A stretch of DNA of 63,971 nt, filler included, from Craspedostauros australis (GCA_030167865.1; 18 parts of 18 records of this genome joined end to end with filler, not necessarily neighbours in it); one strand, 5' to 3'; shown: positions 34,624-47,561, numbered from the whole stretch's first letter. Notes: generated by a model not told the origin, from the letters alone. Numbers and translations are program-made.

Positions 34624-36708
34624 TTGACAGGGTCGACATCCAAGGCAGCGCCATCCGGCAATACCTCCTCGAGACGACCAGCATCCGCGCGCAACGTGCT
34701 GGCCTCCACAGCGCACGACCGCAACAGGGATCGCGGTGGCAAGCCACAGCTGATGCGCAGATCGTCCACGGGCGGCGGCAGCAGCCAAGAACGTGATGTC
34801 CGGGGCGAACGCGGTGCAGCCACTAATGCTAACCAGAACAACGACCTGCGTGCTTCCACGCACCGCCATCGCGCTTCGCGTCGTCGCAGCAACGATTCCA
34901 ATACCAGCGGCAGCAGATCACCACCACCACCTCTTCATTCGCAGAACCCGCGTCGTTCGTCGATTGGAGGTCGTTCACAGGAGGAGGGCAAGGCACGTCG
35001 CGATGACAAGGATGATCTCGACAACAAGTCTGTTCGGTCTTCCAGCAGACGAAGACCCTCCATGAAGGATGCGGGAAGGTCCGTGCGGCAATCGAGACGC
35101 AATCTCTCCTCGCAAGACAACTCCACCCATCATCAGCGGCCACGATCCCGCTCCAGAAGCGTCCGCGCAAAAGGCAGGTCGAGGAGATCCAGCGCCAACG
35201 GTGCGACTGACCGACCATCCAACGGACGTGATGGCAAGTCCGAACGCAACGAAAGCAATAACAACAGCAACAACACGACTAACAATGTCAACGATGGCAC
35301 TGATTACGAAGTTGAGATCTCTGGGCCCAGAAATGCACAACAATCGAGCCCGACGACGGCGTCAACGACCGCGACCACGACCACCAAGGTCTTGTCGAAG
35401 AGCGCCTCAATGAGGAAGTTGTCGGCGAGCAGCACCCACACCAGAAGTTCCAAACGCGATCGTGGCTTGGGCGCAAGCCAGCACCGTCGCGGCGGATCGT
35501 CTCGACCCCCATCACGCAACAGCTCCTTTGACTCAACTTCAACGGACAACGACGATTGCGCTAGCCGCGTGAGTTCCGCGTCATCGCGCAGGACGAACAG
35601 AAACATGGGCCGCGATCAATACAGCGGTGCCGGCAGTGTCTGCAGCAACAGCAACGACTACTATGTCGCGGGCAGCAATCGCAAGGACGACGATGACGAC
35701 GACGATCGCAGCCGATATTCCCGCGCGTCCACGGCCAGCGGACGACCGCGGTCCCGAAGTCGCAGTCGCAGCCGACGAGGAACGAGGCGGAACCATCACG
35801 CCGCTTCTCGGATGGTGCTCGAAGCCAATAGCGCCCACGGAGGAAGTCCAGGTGAGCAACGTTCACAAGCAAAACCCAGCTCGCAGCGAACGATGAAACG
35901 CAGCCCGTCGAATGATTCGCTGGGCGGAGCCAGCCGTCACTCGACCAGACGGCAGAGCGACCGCTCGAAGCCCAGGGAGGGCATGGACAGGAGCATGCGA
36001 AGAAGGCGTAGCAACGGGGAATGGTCGGAGGCTGGTACGACGAATGGTGCTCCCAGCCTGAGAGTCGGAGGGAACATGCGCCGTTCTCGAAGCATGGACG
36101 AGATTGACAATAAGGCGGCGCAACAGCAACAGCAGCACGATCGCAATGAAAGAAACAACCTTCTGGGGTTGGGTGGTGCTCCGATGGGCGTCGACACCGC
36201 CAACATGTCTCGTGCGGATCGTGCGCGACTCCGCAGAAGCCAGAGACAGCAGAACGGCGGCAGCCTCGGCAGCAGTGAGCACGTCGGCAGCACCAGCCGT
36301 CGACAAATGCAACGGCACCATGGCCTCCCGCTCCGACCGGGCACGCAAACCGCTTCCAACAATGACTTGGAATCATTGTCCGTGAACGGAAGAAGGCGAG
36401 GGACGACAATGCAGAGATCTCGTTCGTCCGCTGACCAGAACGCAACCTTCTCCCTGCCTTCCGCTGGCGGTTTGGGCATGAAAAATGCGACGATGATCAA
36501 TGCGAACAACGGTCGAGCGGAACCCGTCAAGAAACGATCTGCGCTGTCATCGTCCACGTTGGAATGGCTCGCGAGGGAGGAAGGACTGGTGAGGTCCAAG
36601 CTCAACCAACGGCAATCCTCCATCCTGCAAGACGAGATGGACGCTTTGAAAGCCGATCAGAGCACATCAGCCGAAACGCTATCTTCCAATAGCTCCATCG
36701 AATCATAG
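34624..36708 (+). CDS. Arg/Ser-rich, likely disordered protein (start uncertain)
   Basis: 694-aa open frame of low complexity (RSRSRS, poly-D, poly-Q) followed by an AT-rich 3' region. Confidence 0.7.
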   Translation: MTGSTSKAAPSGNTSSRRPASARNVLASTAHDRNRDRGGKPQLMRRSSTGGGSSQERDVRGERGAATNANQNNDLRASTHRHRASRRRSNDSNTSGSRSPPPPLHSQNPRRSSIGGRSQEEGKARRDDKDDLDNKSVRSSSRRRPSMKDAGRSVRQSRRNLSSQDNSTHHQRPRSRSRSVRAKGRSRRSSANGATDRPSNGRDGKSERNESNNNSNNTTNNVNDGTDYEVEISGPRNAQQSSPTTASTTATTTTKVLSKSASMRKLSASSTHTRSSKRDRGLGASQHRRGGSSRPPSRNSSFDSTSTDNDDCASRVSSASSRRTNRNMGRDQYSGAGSVCSNSNDYYVAGSNRKDDDDDDDRSRYSRASTASGRPRSRSRSRSRRGTRRNHHAASRMVLEANSAHGGSPGEQRSQAKPSSQRTMKRSPSNDSLGGASRHSTRRQSDRSKPREGMDRSMRRRRSNGEWSEAGTTNGAPSLRVGGNMRRSRSMDEIDNKAAQQQQQHDRNERNNLLGLGGAPMGVDTANMSRADRARLRRSQRQQNGGSLGSSEHVGSTSRRQMQRHHGLPLRPGTQTASNNDLESLSVNGRRRGTTMQRSRSSADQNATFSLPSAGGLGMKNATMINANNGRAEPVKKRSALSSSTLEWLAREEGLVRSKLNQRQSSILQDEMDALKADQSTSAETLSSNSSIES

Positions 36709-37237
36709 CTTAATGCATATAATGGAGTGCATTATGATAACACAAAATGAAAGCGCGTGCGTACATATGTCATGAATTTGTGCTTTGAGGAATAGCGTTT
36801 GTGCTCGTACGACCTCCAGGTCGCAGTTGATGCACCAACGATAACACTAGTTGTGGAGTGTTTTTTGAGTTTTACTCGTGATGAGTCGTGATAAATTAGA
36901 CTAAAATAGAGCACACCCAAAACCATCCAAACAACTGCTTATGATGTTATATCTCAACAACACATCGTTTAAAATTAAAAATAAACAGTGCATCCGGACG
37001 AGTGTCTATCAGTGATTCTGAATATTGAAGTTAAATTTGTATGGACTTTATTTTTAATGTCGTTTTGGCTTGCTGTCTGTCAGGTGGTGNNNNNNNNNNN
37101 NNNNNNNNNNNNNNNNNNNNNNNNNNNNNNNNNTTAATTAATTAANNNNNNNNNNNNNNNNNNNNNNNNNNNNNNNNNNNNNNNNNNNNAACAATTATGT
37201 GTGAGCAGTCATTTGCGCAACTGTGACCCCTACCGGG

Positions 37238-37465
37238 TCATACACGAATCTGAATATTCGTCATGTTCCAACATACGCCTACTGCAATGGCAACAGCTAC
37301 ACCGACGACCAGGAACATCACCGTAACAATACCTTTCCAGCTCCATCCTGCCCGCCGAGAAAATGATTCAGGATTCTCATCATCTCTACCGAAGACCCCT
37401 GCAACTGCATCTGGAAGATAGATTGCATTCTCTGTGTTATCATCACATGCTGTCTCTTCATCCAT
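37238..37465 (-). CDS. Possible first exon of a single-pass membrane protein
   Basis: MDEETACDD...GIVTVMFLVVGVAVAIAVGVC, close to the contig edge. Confidence 0.3.
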   Translation of the reverse strand: MDEETACDDNTENAIYLPDAVAGVFGRDDENPESFSRRAGWSWKGIVTVMFLVVGVAVAIAVGVCWNMTNIQIRV

Positions 37466-38613
37466 TGTTGGGTATGAATGTGGCTGTGGCTGTGACTGCG
37501 GCTGTGTAGGTGGGTTGTGCGTCGGTCGCACCAGCGACGAAGATGTGAATGGCACCTGCGCAACTTGGGCTCTCTCTCTCTCTGTCTCTCTCGAGATCGT
37601 GAGTGGTGGTGGTCACTGGATGATGTTGTTGATGGATTGTGAGGGTGAGGAAGCAAGATGTTCCAAACGATTTCAGGCATGTCAACAAGATCAATCTTGG
37701 GCGAGGCAGAGAGAGCAACTTCGCTTCTCTGCAGCAACAATCTCTTGATCGCACTCATCAGTGAGGTCGTGGTGGCATTTGCACCAAGTTTGTCATTTGC
37801 ATCCGTGACGATGATAGTGGGCAGCTGAGGTGTCAACCATTGGTAGTGGTACCCTTTCGTACCGTTTCGTACCGTTTCGTACGCATTGGTGCTGTATCGT
37901 CCCCCATCGCACACGCTGTACTCGTACCACGCACTTTGACACTCATCCTTCTACTTCCACAGATGTTCTTTACTTTCACGCACACAGACCGAACAGCCAA
38001 AGCGGTAATACTCATCCTCGTCTTTGTTCGCATGCTAGGTCGCACGCTCGGAAGGCGATGGGTGGGGTGCGAGCTACTGACAATACATCGAGGAATGAGT
38101 CTTCAATGCAAACAGAGAAACAGAAGGCAAGGCAGACACATCCGCTCCTATGATCGCATGCTAGATCGCATGCTGGGTTGTACCCTCGGAAGGCGATGGG
38201 TCCGGTACGGGTAGCGGAAGAGGGAGGTCGGAGGGCAATGCCAACCATGCGAGTACACACTTCTCTACTGTACGCTCTCATCGTGTCCACCAGCGATCCC
38301 CAAAGGCTCCGTTTGGGCGTTGCGTCGATGACCCTTCCAACATGTGCTATGCGACCATGTCGGTGACGATGAGAAAGACTTCCGAAGAAAGTGAGATGAT
38401 ATATTTGATTTACCGAATATCCCACCCACCACAACAAACAGTCCGACCTTCAGCCGTCTCATCGACAAAGCAACCAAACGAAAGTCAACAAAATGAGTCT
38501 GCGGAAATTGGCGCCAAACAAAACAACACGTCGAAACAGACGCGCAGTCGCAAGCCAATGATTGGACCTCTCTGGACTGCTGAAAGATCGTGTGCCGATA
38601 CGACGATGCCAAC

Positions 38614-39554
38614 ATGAGGAGGCCACCAGCATCAGCATCAGCACCGTCGACCCCTTGGTCGGTCAGTCCGATCCTTCGGACGGTCCTTGCCATCGCCATC
38701 TTCCTCAGCCTTGCGCAGATCTCATCGCTCCGCTTCACATCCAACCTCTTCGATGTCCCTGATGTCATCATGTCGTTGTCCAAGGGGGATGGTAACGCAG
38801 CCACAGCCACAGCCACACGCTCCCAATGACCGGAAGCCGCTCAGTCAGGACTGTCGGGCGTGCTGAAGATGCCACCGTTCGACGCGATCCACGACTTCTC
38901 AACAGGCCACAGACCGCAGCGGTTCATGGCAGGGTACAGCAAGGAGGATCTGCTGCAGAGTCGCGGGGTGTCATTCGAAGACAACGAGGACGGGACCGTC
39001 GACATGAGAACGTTCCCTGCTGCGTCATCCACAGCGGACGACAGCACGCAACGGTTTGCTGGCATGACGCGAGAACAGCCCAGCGATGGCTATTCGGCCG
39101 CGTGGCTCGTCACCGTCGACCGCTTGCTCAGCAACGGCCGCATCAGCCTGCAGCATCTTCACGAAGCCAAGAGCATCAACCTGGAGTTTGGTCACTTCGC
39201 AATGAGCGCGAAGAGCTGGAATCTGCAAGCCGTCGACATGTTCGATTTCTTCGTGCATCATCTGTCGTACTACGAGAAGATCACGGGCAGGAGTGCGGAG
39301 TTGCTGGGCGACACGATCCAGCTGTTGGAAGGCATGCAGGATGACTACGAGCGCAACGACTTCTACAACAACGCCTCGAAGCAACGCAACGGACACACCT
39401 TGGCGATCGTAGCGTACTACGCGGCCAAGCTCAACGGCCCGGCATTGCGACGCAGCCAGCTGTTCCTCAACATCACGGTCAAGACTGTGGCGGCCGTGTT
39501 CCCAAATGTTGTCGTATTCGTGGGAGATCCATCCGACTACGCCTACGTCGCGCA
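38614..39554 (+). pseudogene. Type II membrane protein gene with one in-frame TGA; 3'-partial
   Basis: N-terminal TM segment (ILRTVLAIAIFLSLAQI). TGA at 38827-29, after which the same frame stays open to the contig end. Confidence 0.55.
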
Positions 39555-39739
39555 NNNNNNNNNNNNNNNNNNNNNNNNNNNNNNNNNNNNNNNNNNNNTT
39601 AATTAATTAANNNNNNNNNNNNNNNNNNNNNNNNNNNNNNNNNNNNNNNNNNNNCATTGGGTTGGAAGTGTGTGGACATTGATCTTATGGTGTTAGCAGT
39701 TGCATCACCTGGTGGTAGGAGGAGGTTGGTTCGAGAGGG

Positions 39740-41151
39740 TCAGTGGAGAAAAGCAAGAACAGTTGGAGTGAGCACCGCGTATCGACTTTTGAAATTCATG
39801 GCAGGAACTCCATCCAGTTCATACAAGGACGTACCAATTACAATCATTGCACCTGTCACCCCAAAGACGAAGGCATGATGAAGCAGTTGAATCATCTCTG
39901 ATTTCTTTTCGAATAATGCCCTCCATTTGTCATCTTGGAGATCCACGAACACATGGCTCTTTCCCTCTGTCCCATGCTCCCAATCAGCCTTCCGCTGGTG
40001 CCGTCTTTCGAGGTCTTCTGTGTCTGTCGTTGCCCGAGTCTTGATCTCCACAACAAAGACTTCATCGTCGCTGTCGTCCTCTGGATCACCGACGATCGCA
40101 AGGAAGTCGACGGAGGCGCGGGCGTACGGTGCATCGGTGTTTCGCACCACCCCCACTTGGTACGTTGCCTTCACTTGCCTTCCCTTGCCGCCCACTCCAA
40201 CACAGTGGAGGGCCTGCTTCATGAGGGGAGCTTCGTTGTTGTGGCCCAGCTTGGCGAGCTTTCCGGCCTTGCCCCGAACTGACTTCATGAACCACGATTG
40301 TAACATGAGAGTCGTGAGGTCGTGGTCAAGCTTGTGCATCCACTCTGAAGTGGTGATTCCTGCCTGGAAACTGGATGGATGGTCAGGCTCCTGCTCGATC
40401 TCCTTCATCACCAGGGCAACCAATCTCTCCACAACCTTCTCTCGTGGCATTTTCGTTGTGTTGGTCTTGGGGAGACGAGCTTTAAGGTCTTTCTTGAGGG
40501 AGGCGTCGCTGATGGCCAGGAATCGCCGTCGAACCTTGTCGTCATCAGCAAGGATGGTGCGGAGCATTTTGCATCGTGTGGCTTTGCTTCGCTGGGCCTT
40601 GCTGCGGTAAAAAATAGCCATGAGTTCGATGAAGTCTTTGTCTGAGAAGGTATCCTCTTCAGGGGCATCGTCGCAGAGAGAGGAGAGAAGTGTAATTTCA
40701 ACATGACGGGAATCGAAGGTGGGAGATGTGAGTTTGGAGTATAAATCAAGTGCGCGCAATCTTGCCTTTTCTGCTTGCAATGCTTGGAGGTACTTCGCCT
40801 TCNNNNNNNNNNNNNNNNNNNNNNNNNNNNNNNNNNNNNNNNNNNNNNNNNNNNNNNNNNNNNNNNNNNNNNNNNNNNNNNNNNNNNNNNNNNNNNNNNN
40901 NNNNNNNNNNNNNNNNNNNNNNNNNNNNNNNNNNNNNNNNNNNNNNAAGCGGCGGTGGACGAACCACAGATGGTCACCCTGGCCACAGGTGAGTCCATCC
41001 ACAGGCAGATCCCACACCATGTCTGCCCAACGCTGTTTCACATTCTTGGATGCGGCAGCCACAATGACGGTTGCGCCAAGGGGAGTTTGGGATATGGCAG
41101 CTCTGACTGCCGACGAGCGTGTTGGATTGACAGTGCATGTTTGGAAGAAGT
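39740..41151 (-). CDS. YqaJ/lambda-exonuclease-type PD-(D/E)xK nuclease domain protein, probably transposon-borne; partial
   Basis: Motifs GHNNE, GVVRNTDAPYARASVD, VEIKTR and QLLHHA in YqaJ order; spans an internal N gap. Confidence 0.7.
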
Positions 41152-42228
41152 NNNNNNNNNNNNNNNNNNNNNNNNNNNNNNNNNNNNNNNNNNNNTTAAT
41201 TAATTAANNNNNNNNNNNNNNNNNNNNNNNNNNNNNNNNNNNNNNNNNNNNTCTGCACCTTCATCCCATCCTAATGTCGTACGTACAGCGCAGTGCACGT
41301 ACGTACCATCGCATTCTGATGCAGTTTTTCTCCTCCACACCTGTTCCAAGTCCACTGCGAGAAACTGCGTGCAATCAATTGGGGCCAAAAACAGCCGAAA
41401 TGTTGATCCGTTCGCACGACTGTAGACACGTCTGAGTTCAGCTTCGAGTGCCTTGCTGTGAGTCCGTCTCAGAGAGGAAAAAAGGACATTTTCGCCGCTC
41501 GCCGACGTCCAACTTGAAGACAATGACGAGTCGCATCCATGTCCGATCGAAAGCTAAAAACCTAAAGCACGGGCTACTGTGGGGAATTTCTCAACTCAAG
41601 CCCTCATAACTTATAAAATATAAAGTGTAGCAATTCTAGGAAAGTCAATCCGTCACTTTCTCATATAGAGGAACATCATATTAAATTTATAGGGAAATCT
41701 GAGAGGACTTCCCGAGAAAGGTGTACTATTTTCGCTCAGGCGGGTCATAAATCCTGGGCGCATTGAATTGCCATTTGCACTCGTAGCTGCGCGCACGTGT
41801 TTGCATGTTCTCTATTCTGTATCGTAGATCGGATGCCTCGCAGTTAATTAAGTACCATGTGTACGTGCAACAATGACAAGATGACCTGATTGCCGTTCCG
41901 ATCCACGAAACTGTGTTTCATGGATTGGATCTGCCTAGAGTTCTCTATCTTGTGTAGCTCTTACCACTCCACACACGTCAGAAATGAGACAAAATGACAT
42001 GAAGGATCCACAATGGAACGACCCCAGTGTTGCGGGGCTTGGGACGTCAGGACACCACAACACACGTCACCCACGTTTGGTGCCTTCTGCCAAGAATCTC
42101 CGCGGAGAGAGGGAAAGGTGTCATCGTCTTCGGGGCAAAGTGCAGAGCAACGTACTCGTGTGGAGGTCGTAGACCAAGAGGGGCTCCGTCGACAAGAGTG
42201 CAAGGAGATCGCAGAGCGAGGGTTTGTT

Positions 42229-42793
42229 TGTTGAGCACAGTGTTTTTTTACAAGTCAGCATCATTGAGCAATCCACGACAAGTTCCACATAGGAGCGCAG
42301 AGCACATCATCTCGTTGCTCTCTCGCATTTGGCTGGGCAAACAGAGGGTCGGTTTGTGGTACACGTAATACTCGTGGAGGAGTGTAACACGTTCAGGAAA
42401 GCTGTTGGTCTTTGCTGTCGCATGCCGTGACTCGTACTCTGCTGTTCTTCTTCGCGTCTGGAGCACGCTTGGTGCCTAGCAACAGCATTCGACATCAGAC
42501 GACATCAGACGACGCCATCCACACTCGAACAAGTCTCACACTATATTATTCGTCTGAAGTAAGTCCCATCGGCTGAGCAGGACAGACGAGACGAAGTTCA
42601 CAGCTCTCTTGCGATACTCGTAGAAACGACAATATCGATCTGAGCCGACTGCGCGGAGCTCCGCTGCAACTTCTTAATTTGGTCGTCAATCTTCACCAGC
42701 GCAATGGTATCCCACCTCATGAGTGCGTATGAATACAGGTTGCAGTAACTCCCCTTCAGGAGTCGTCACCTCCGTTCACGCAATTGCGCAACA
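42229..42793. mobile_element. Candidate solo LTR (family D, 565 bp)
   Basis: TGTTGAGCA...TGCGCAACA, an 8/9 terminal inverted repeat. Flanks TGTT and TGTC match only imperfectly, and there is one copy in the window. Confidence 0.35.
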
Positions 42794-43869
42794 TGTCATG
42801 AAGCGTATTATACCAGAGCAGCAATGGCATTGGTGATCCAGTTATTTTTGTATTCGTTGGTTGGATCGCATCAGCCATCATGCGATGGGTGGCTCTCGTT
42901 GCCAACGTCTCTATCTGCATCTGCATCTGCTCGTCTCCTCTCTACTGAGAGCGAGGGAAAGAAAATGAGAAGCGTCTTGGCTCTACTCTAGTGTCTTTTG
43001 GCTTGGGTGGAGACCAATTTTTTTGGTAACCATTGGTAACAATTGGTAACTAGTCGTATGAGTCAATTTAGCCGTAGACGCTGGTACATTTTGTACGTCA
43101 GTCCCACTCGAAGCGGNCCAAAAAACACCTTTTCTGCCACAAACCTCCTCGGCAAGTTCATGCCGCTCCATTTGTTTGAGCTCTCCTTTTGTGAGCATTC
43201 GCATATGTGGCTTTTAATCACCCTCTCCAAGTTTAGCGGCGATTGGATGGGTAGTTGTCGAGATCTACTCGTTTCTCTGGGGCCACCACTCCATATTGTC
43301 ATTCACGAATGCCAATCACNNNNNNNNNNNNNNNNNNNNNNNNNNNNNNNNNNNNNNNNNNNNTTAATTAATTAANNNNNNNNNNNNNNNNNNNNNNNNN
43401 NNNNNNNNNNNNNNNNNNNAACGTAATGAAATAGCAAACAGACGACTATCAACCAACACCATCTTCCACGATCGTAAGTTACCGTGAGCGGAACTTGCCA
43501 ACATGACAGCACTTGTATGACGGCTAGAAGGACAATGGGTGAATGATGCACATACACATATATACATCTCAACAGGTGTTGACAAGTTCCATGAATGGAT
43601 ACCTTGCGGTCATGGAAGATGGTGTTGATTGTTACAATTCTGTTTGCTATTTCATTACGTGAGCACTCCGATCCTCTTGGCGTCTCTTGTTCTCTTGGCT
43701 GATGCTCTTGGCGCGTCTCTCTTGTTTGCCTGACTATGAGTTGGTATGCGAGATCCTCTCTTGCTGTTGCTCCTACTCTCTCTCTCTCAATGTTGCGTGT
43801 TCACTCCACACAATGTTCCATACTCAGTGTGTACTATGCATGCAGTCCATACTCCATTGTTTTGTGCTC

Positions 43870-44495
43870 TGTTAGAATGAAATCGAAGATGGGATTCCGC
43901 ACCAAAACGTAGAGTGATCAGATCGTTGTTGGGGTGAGGATGAGTGTTTGTATTAGAGTGTTATTCATATGAGTGGTAGAAATGCAGGTGAGCTCACAAG
44001 ATTGTATTCTTGGAACTGTGAGCATGAGAGAGACATGACATGGTCTCATGCAATTGGAAGTGAAAATAACACGGAGACAACACGACAAATGTGCGTGTTA
44101 CTGCGTGAAGTAGAGTTAGCAGAAGTCAATGAACAAAACACCGCGATACCCCATGTTGTGAATTTCATCTTCTCACGATGTTGCTAGTAGTACGATCACA
44201 CGATTTATCGTATTCACTTGAGAAGGTCGTGGTAAGATTCGCACATGTCACACCCAAGATCCAAGTCTGTCCTGATTGGGCAGAGTGGTTCATCTTGGCA
44301 AGAAATCAATTTCCGCGACATTTTGGATCTGTGATTGACGGGAAAACGATTCTTGCGACGTGAAATGTGACACAAATTTGACACAACGAATTTTCGACCA
44401 AAATTTCCGTTCGGAACGGAAAAGGTGAGAAAAGTGGAGATTTTTGATTGGTCGACAGGTGTCGCTATTGTTTGAGATTTAGCGTTGCGCTAATA
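43870..44495. mobile_element. Solo LTR family C (626 bp) inserted into an older family A LTR
   Basis: TGTTAG...CTAATA termini; 5-bp TSD TGCTC (43865-69, 44496-500); family A sequence resumes on both sides; a second copy of this end lies at 62949-63059. Confidence 0.75.
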
Positions 44496-44652
44496 TGCTC
44501 CATTGGCCCATTACTCCATGAGTAGTCGCCAGTACTCCCACACTGCTCTCCTCCTTGCATACTTACAATCTCGATGTCCTTCTGTTATCGAATCTTTGCT
44601 TTCTTGATCTGATGTTGAGACAGATGTCCACGTGGTGACACCTTGACACCTT

Positions 44653-44856
44653 TGTTGGCAAGTTCCATGATTGGAAGCCAACGATCGTGGAAGACGGTGT
44701 TGGTTGATAGTTGTTCTGTTTGCTATTTCATTACATTGGCACTCCAATCCTCTCAGTGTCTGTTCTCTTGCCCAATGCTCTTGGCACATTTATCTGTTTT
44801 GTAGATTGAGTCTCCGACTATGAGTCAGTACGTGAGATGCTCTCTCGCTGCTATCG

Positions 44857-44896
<40 letters not shown>

Positions 44897-45474
44897 ATTC
44901 CGTGTTCATGTTACATGACACGCCGTGTTCGATGTATACTCCGCATTTGATGCTCCATGAGTTCATTGCTGGTTCCTACTCCATGAGTACTTACCACTTG
45001 AACTCCTCTTTGTGTATCCATGATCTCGATGCCCTTCGGTCATCGAATCTTCACCTTCTGCTTCTGACATGGAGACAGATGTCAATGTGGTGACATGATG
45101 ACATCCTGTCAACGTCAGTAGGCGTCCTTCTGCTCTCCAGATGTCACGTTCCATTGATGATGCGATGATCTGTCAGATGATATCGTCATCTGGGGTTTAG
45201 TTGGGAGGTACATCGAGCTTCGCTCGATACCATACGTTTCCATTGATGGATGGACGGACGATGTTCCTGATTCTCTCAGAAATCGTTGATTGCAATTTCC
45301 TCCAGAAATTCTGCTCATTTTTGTGTGTTCCATTTCCGCTGTGATTCTGACAAATCACATCATACTATTGACACGAATGTAGTTTTACCGTCCAAACATG
45401 TATAAGAGAACAACGGGTGAACGATGAACATATACATGTACATCTTGACATATACACGCATGTACATCTCGAAA
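44653..45474. mobile_element. LTR family A copy
   Basis: Co-linear with 30080-30880; longer internal (CT)n tract; terminal CA altered. Confidence 0.85.
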
Positions 45475-45600
45475 AACTCAATGAAATAGCAAACGAACAA
45501 CTATCAACCAACACTGTCTTCCACGATCGCAAGGTATCCGTCAACGGAACTTGCCAACAAATGGTGTTGATGAGGTGATTGTCCATTGGTGCCTGATGGA

Positions 45601-46131
45601 TGTTGAAAATTTGGGGTGGTGATGATAGTAGAAAGCTAATCATTTGTTAGGATCTACTTCTCTGAACTGTGAGCTCTTCATTGCTCTCATCTTCCAAAGT
45701 TCGATCTCTTCCTGAGACCTCCATGGGTTCATCTGTTGGTCTAGCATGCATTCTTCTTGCATTCATCGCAAATTCATCATGGGCATGCATGCACCACCAA
45801 TCGCCCCATGTCCGTGCACTCAACACGTTGTCTTCCCTCCAATAGTTTTGTCGGCTTAGACATCTTTGAGTCACAGGCATCACTTGGCTCGTTTCATTCG
45901 ATCGGATCACGGTCTCCCATTCTTCACAGGAAAGGATTGGATGATTGCTTTTTCACCTTCTTACCATCGCTTATCTCCGATCATCTCCAATACATTTCCG
46001 GTACCTCTCCGATACATCACCAACACTTCACCAATCTTTTGCTGGTTTGTCATCGGTGATCCGTTCACAGGCCATCTCACTCTTCGTGACATCAGCATGT
46101 CTTGAATACTCTCTTTTCATTCGTTACAACA
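45601..46131 (+). mobile_element. LTR-like family B copy (right end tentative)
   Basis: Starts TGTTGAAAAT, aligns with the reverse complement of 30881-31234, and has a possible ACAACA end at 46131. Confidence 0.5.
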
Positions 46132-47561
46132 TGGGGGCCATAGTCGCATGTATCGTGATGTTGGTCACGATTCCAACATCCCTGCCCCCTGCGATATGCA
46201 TGTGTGATTTGCATTCCTGCATTGAGGTCACGAACGTCACGATCTGGTTCTCATTCGGCACGTGGCGTTCTCCGCCACAAGACGCGTGTAGCTCACATTT
46301 TCTGTCACAAAGATCCAAAGAGTGACTTGCGGTAGCATAGCATTTCTTGACATTCGACTTCCTACTCTTGGGAGGTGCGGCAATTCGATGTTTCAGAACA
46401 CCCGATTCCTGACAGATGGATGTTTCACTCGATGCATCGCTTTCTGCTTTTTACATTGGTGATGTGTGGTCTGATGAGATGGTGAAGACAGCGCAAGGGA
46501 ACATTGAAAACACCATGTATATCTGCCGTGATTGTTGCAAAGAATGATGGTGCCATTGCTGTGTTGATTGGTGACATGCACATAGCATGACAAGTCTATG
46601 ACTCAGTGCACCACGTCTCTGTAACAGTCACAAGGTTCCACATGGAATGACACCTCCATCACTTTGTGATTGCAAAGCAAATGTATGCCCATTCCTATCA
46701 GATCATCCACCCCAACTGGTGCGGTCTTTGCTTGGTGTGATGCAAGACAGGATAGAGTATCCCCCAGGTGTCAAAGATATCTCTTGAGACACATTGGCAT
46801 GACATGGCATGGCAGGGATGGATGGAAGGGTGTTTGTTGAATGCCAAGTATGGAGTGGCTGAAGATGGGGAGGGTGGCAACTGTTGTGTTGGACTTATTT
46901 GTTGCTGGGGACTGTTTATTGGCATGGCTTGGGTTCTGGGCATGATGTGCCTTTTCTTGCACTCTCGATCCCACTGCTGCATGAGCTACATACTTGCTCT
47001 GCAGATGAAGTTGAGTTGGAAAGAAGGGAGGGAAGAGGCAGCATTGATTGGCAGTCTTGCCAACAAGTTTCTTCATGTTTGTGTTGAGAGTTGAGTGTGG
47101 ATCACCTCACACAAGAAACCAACGCTCCTCCTTGTTGCCAACAACACGAGTAGACCACATATCAAAGTACTCAATTGTTGGCATTATCGTCCTTGTTTTT
47201 GAACAGTGGCTGCTGTTTGGGCAGAAAGAAACAAGAAGAGACAAGAATCATGCGTTGATTGGCACACACAAGATGCAAAAAGGGAGAGATCTGGACAGTA
47301 GAATCAATCATTTTGGTTCAGATTGGGCAAAAATGCGAAAACCCATGTTGGTACCATGAAGAAACAAATAGTTTGATGAAACGGTGTGGGAGGTGGGAAA
47401 GGAAGAAAGCGAAGCGTGACGTCACATGAGCATTACAAAGACCCTAATCCTCACGAAAGTGNNNNNNNNNNNNNNNNNNNNNNNNNNNNNNNNNNNNNNN
47501 NNNNNTTAATTAATTAANNNNNNNNNNNNNNNNNNNNNNNNNNNNNNNNNNNNNNNNNNNN

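Larger units (their letters stand above)
43420..45559. mobile_element. Nest of LTR family A copies and fragments in both orientations
   Basis: Family A ends at 43420-43503 (reverse); an older forward copy at ~43576-44652; a near-full copy at 44653-45474; a reverse end at 45480-45559. Confidence 0.8.

Noticed and set aside
44860..44893. Microsatellites: (CT)n here, (AG)n near 55600 and 55750, (TAG)n near 11300
   Set aside because: Ordinary simple repeats.
30080..45474. A single ~15-kb LTR retrotransposon bounded by the two same-orientation family A LTRs
   Set aside because: Several contig spacers and host genes lie between them, with no shared TSD and no gag/pol.
46330..47460. Possible decayed coding sequence
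   Set aside because: It is CG-poor and fragmentary, with no recognisable protein motif in any frame.
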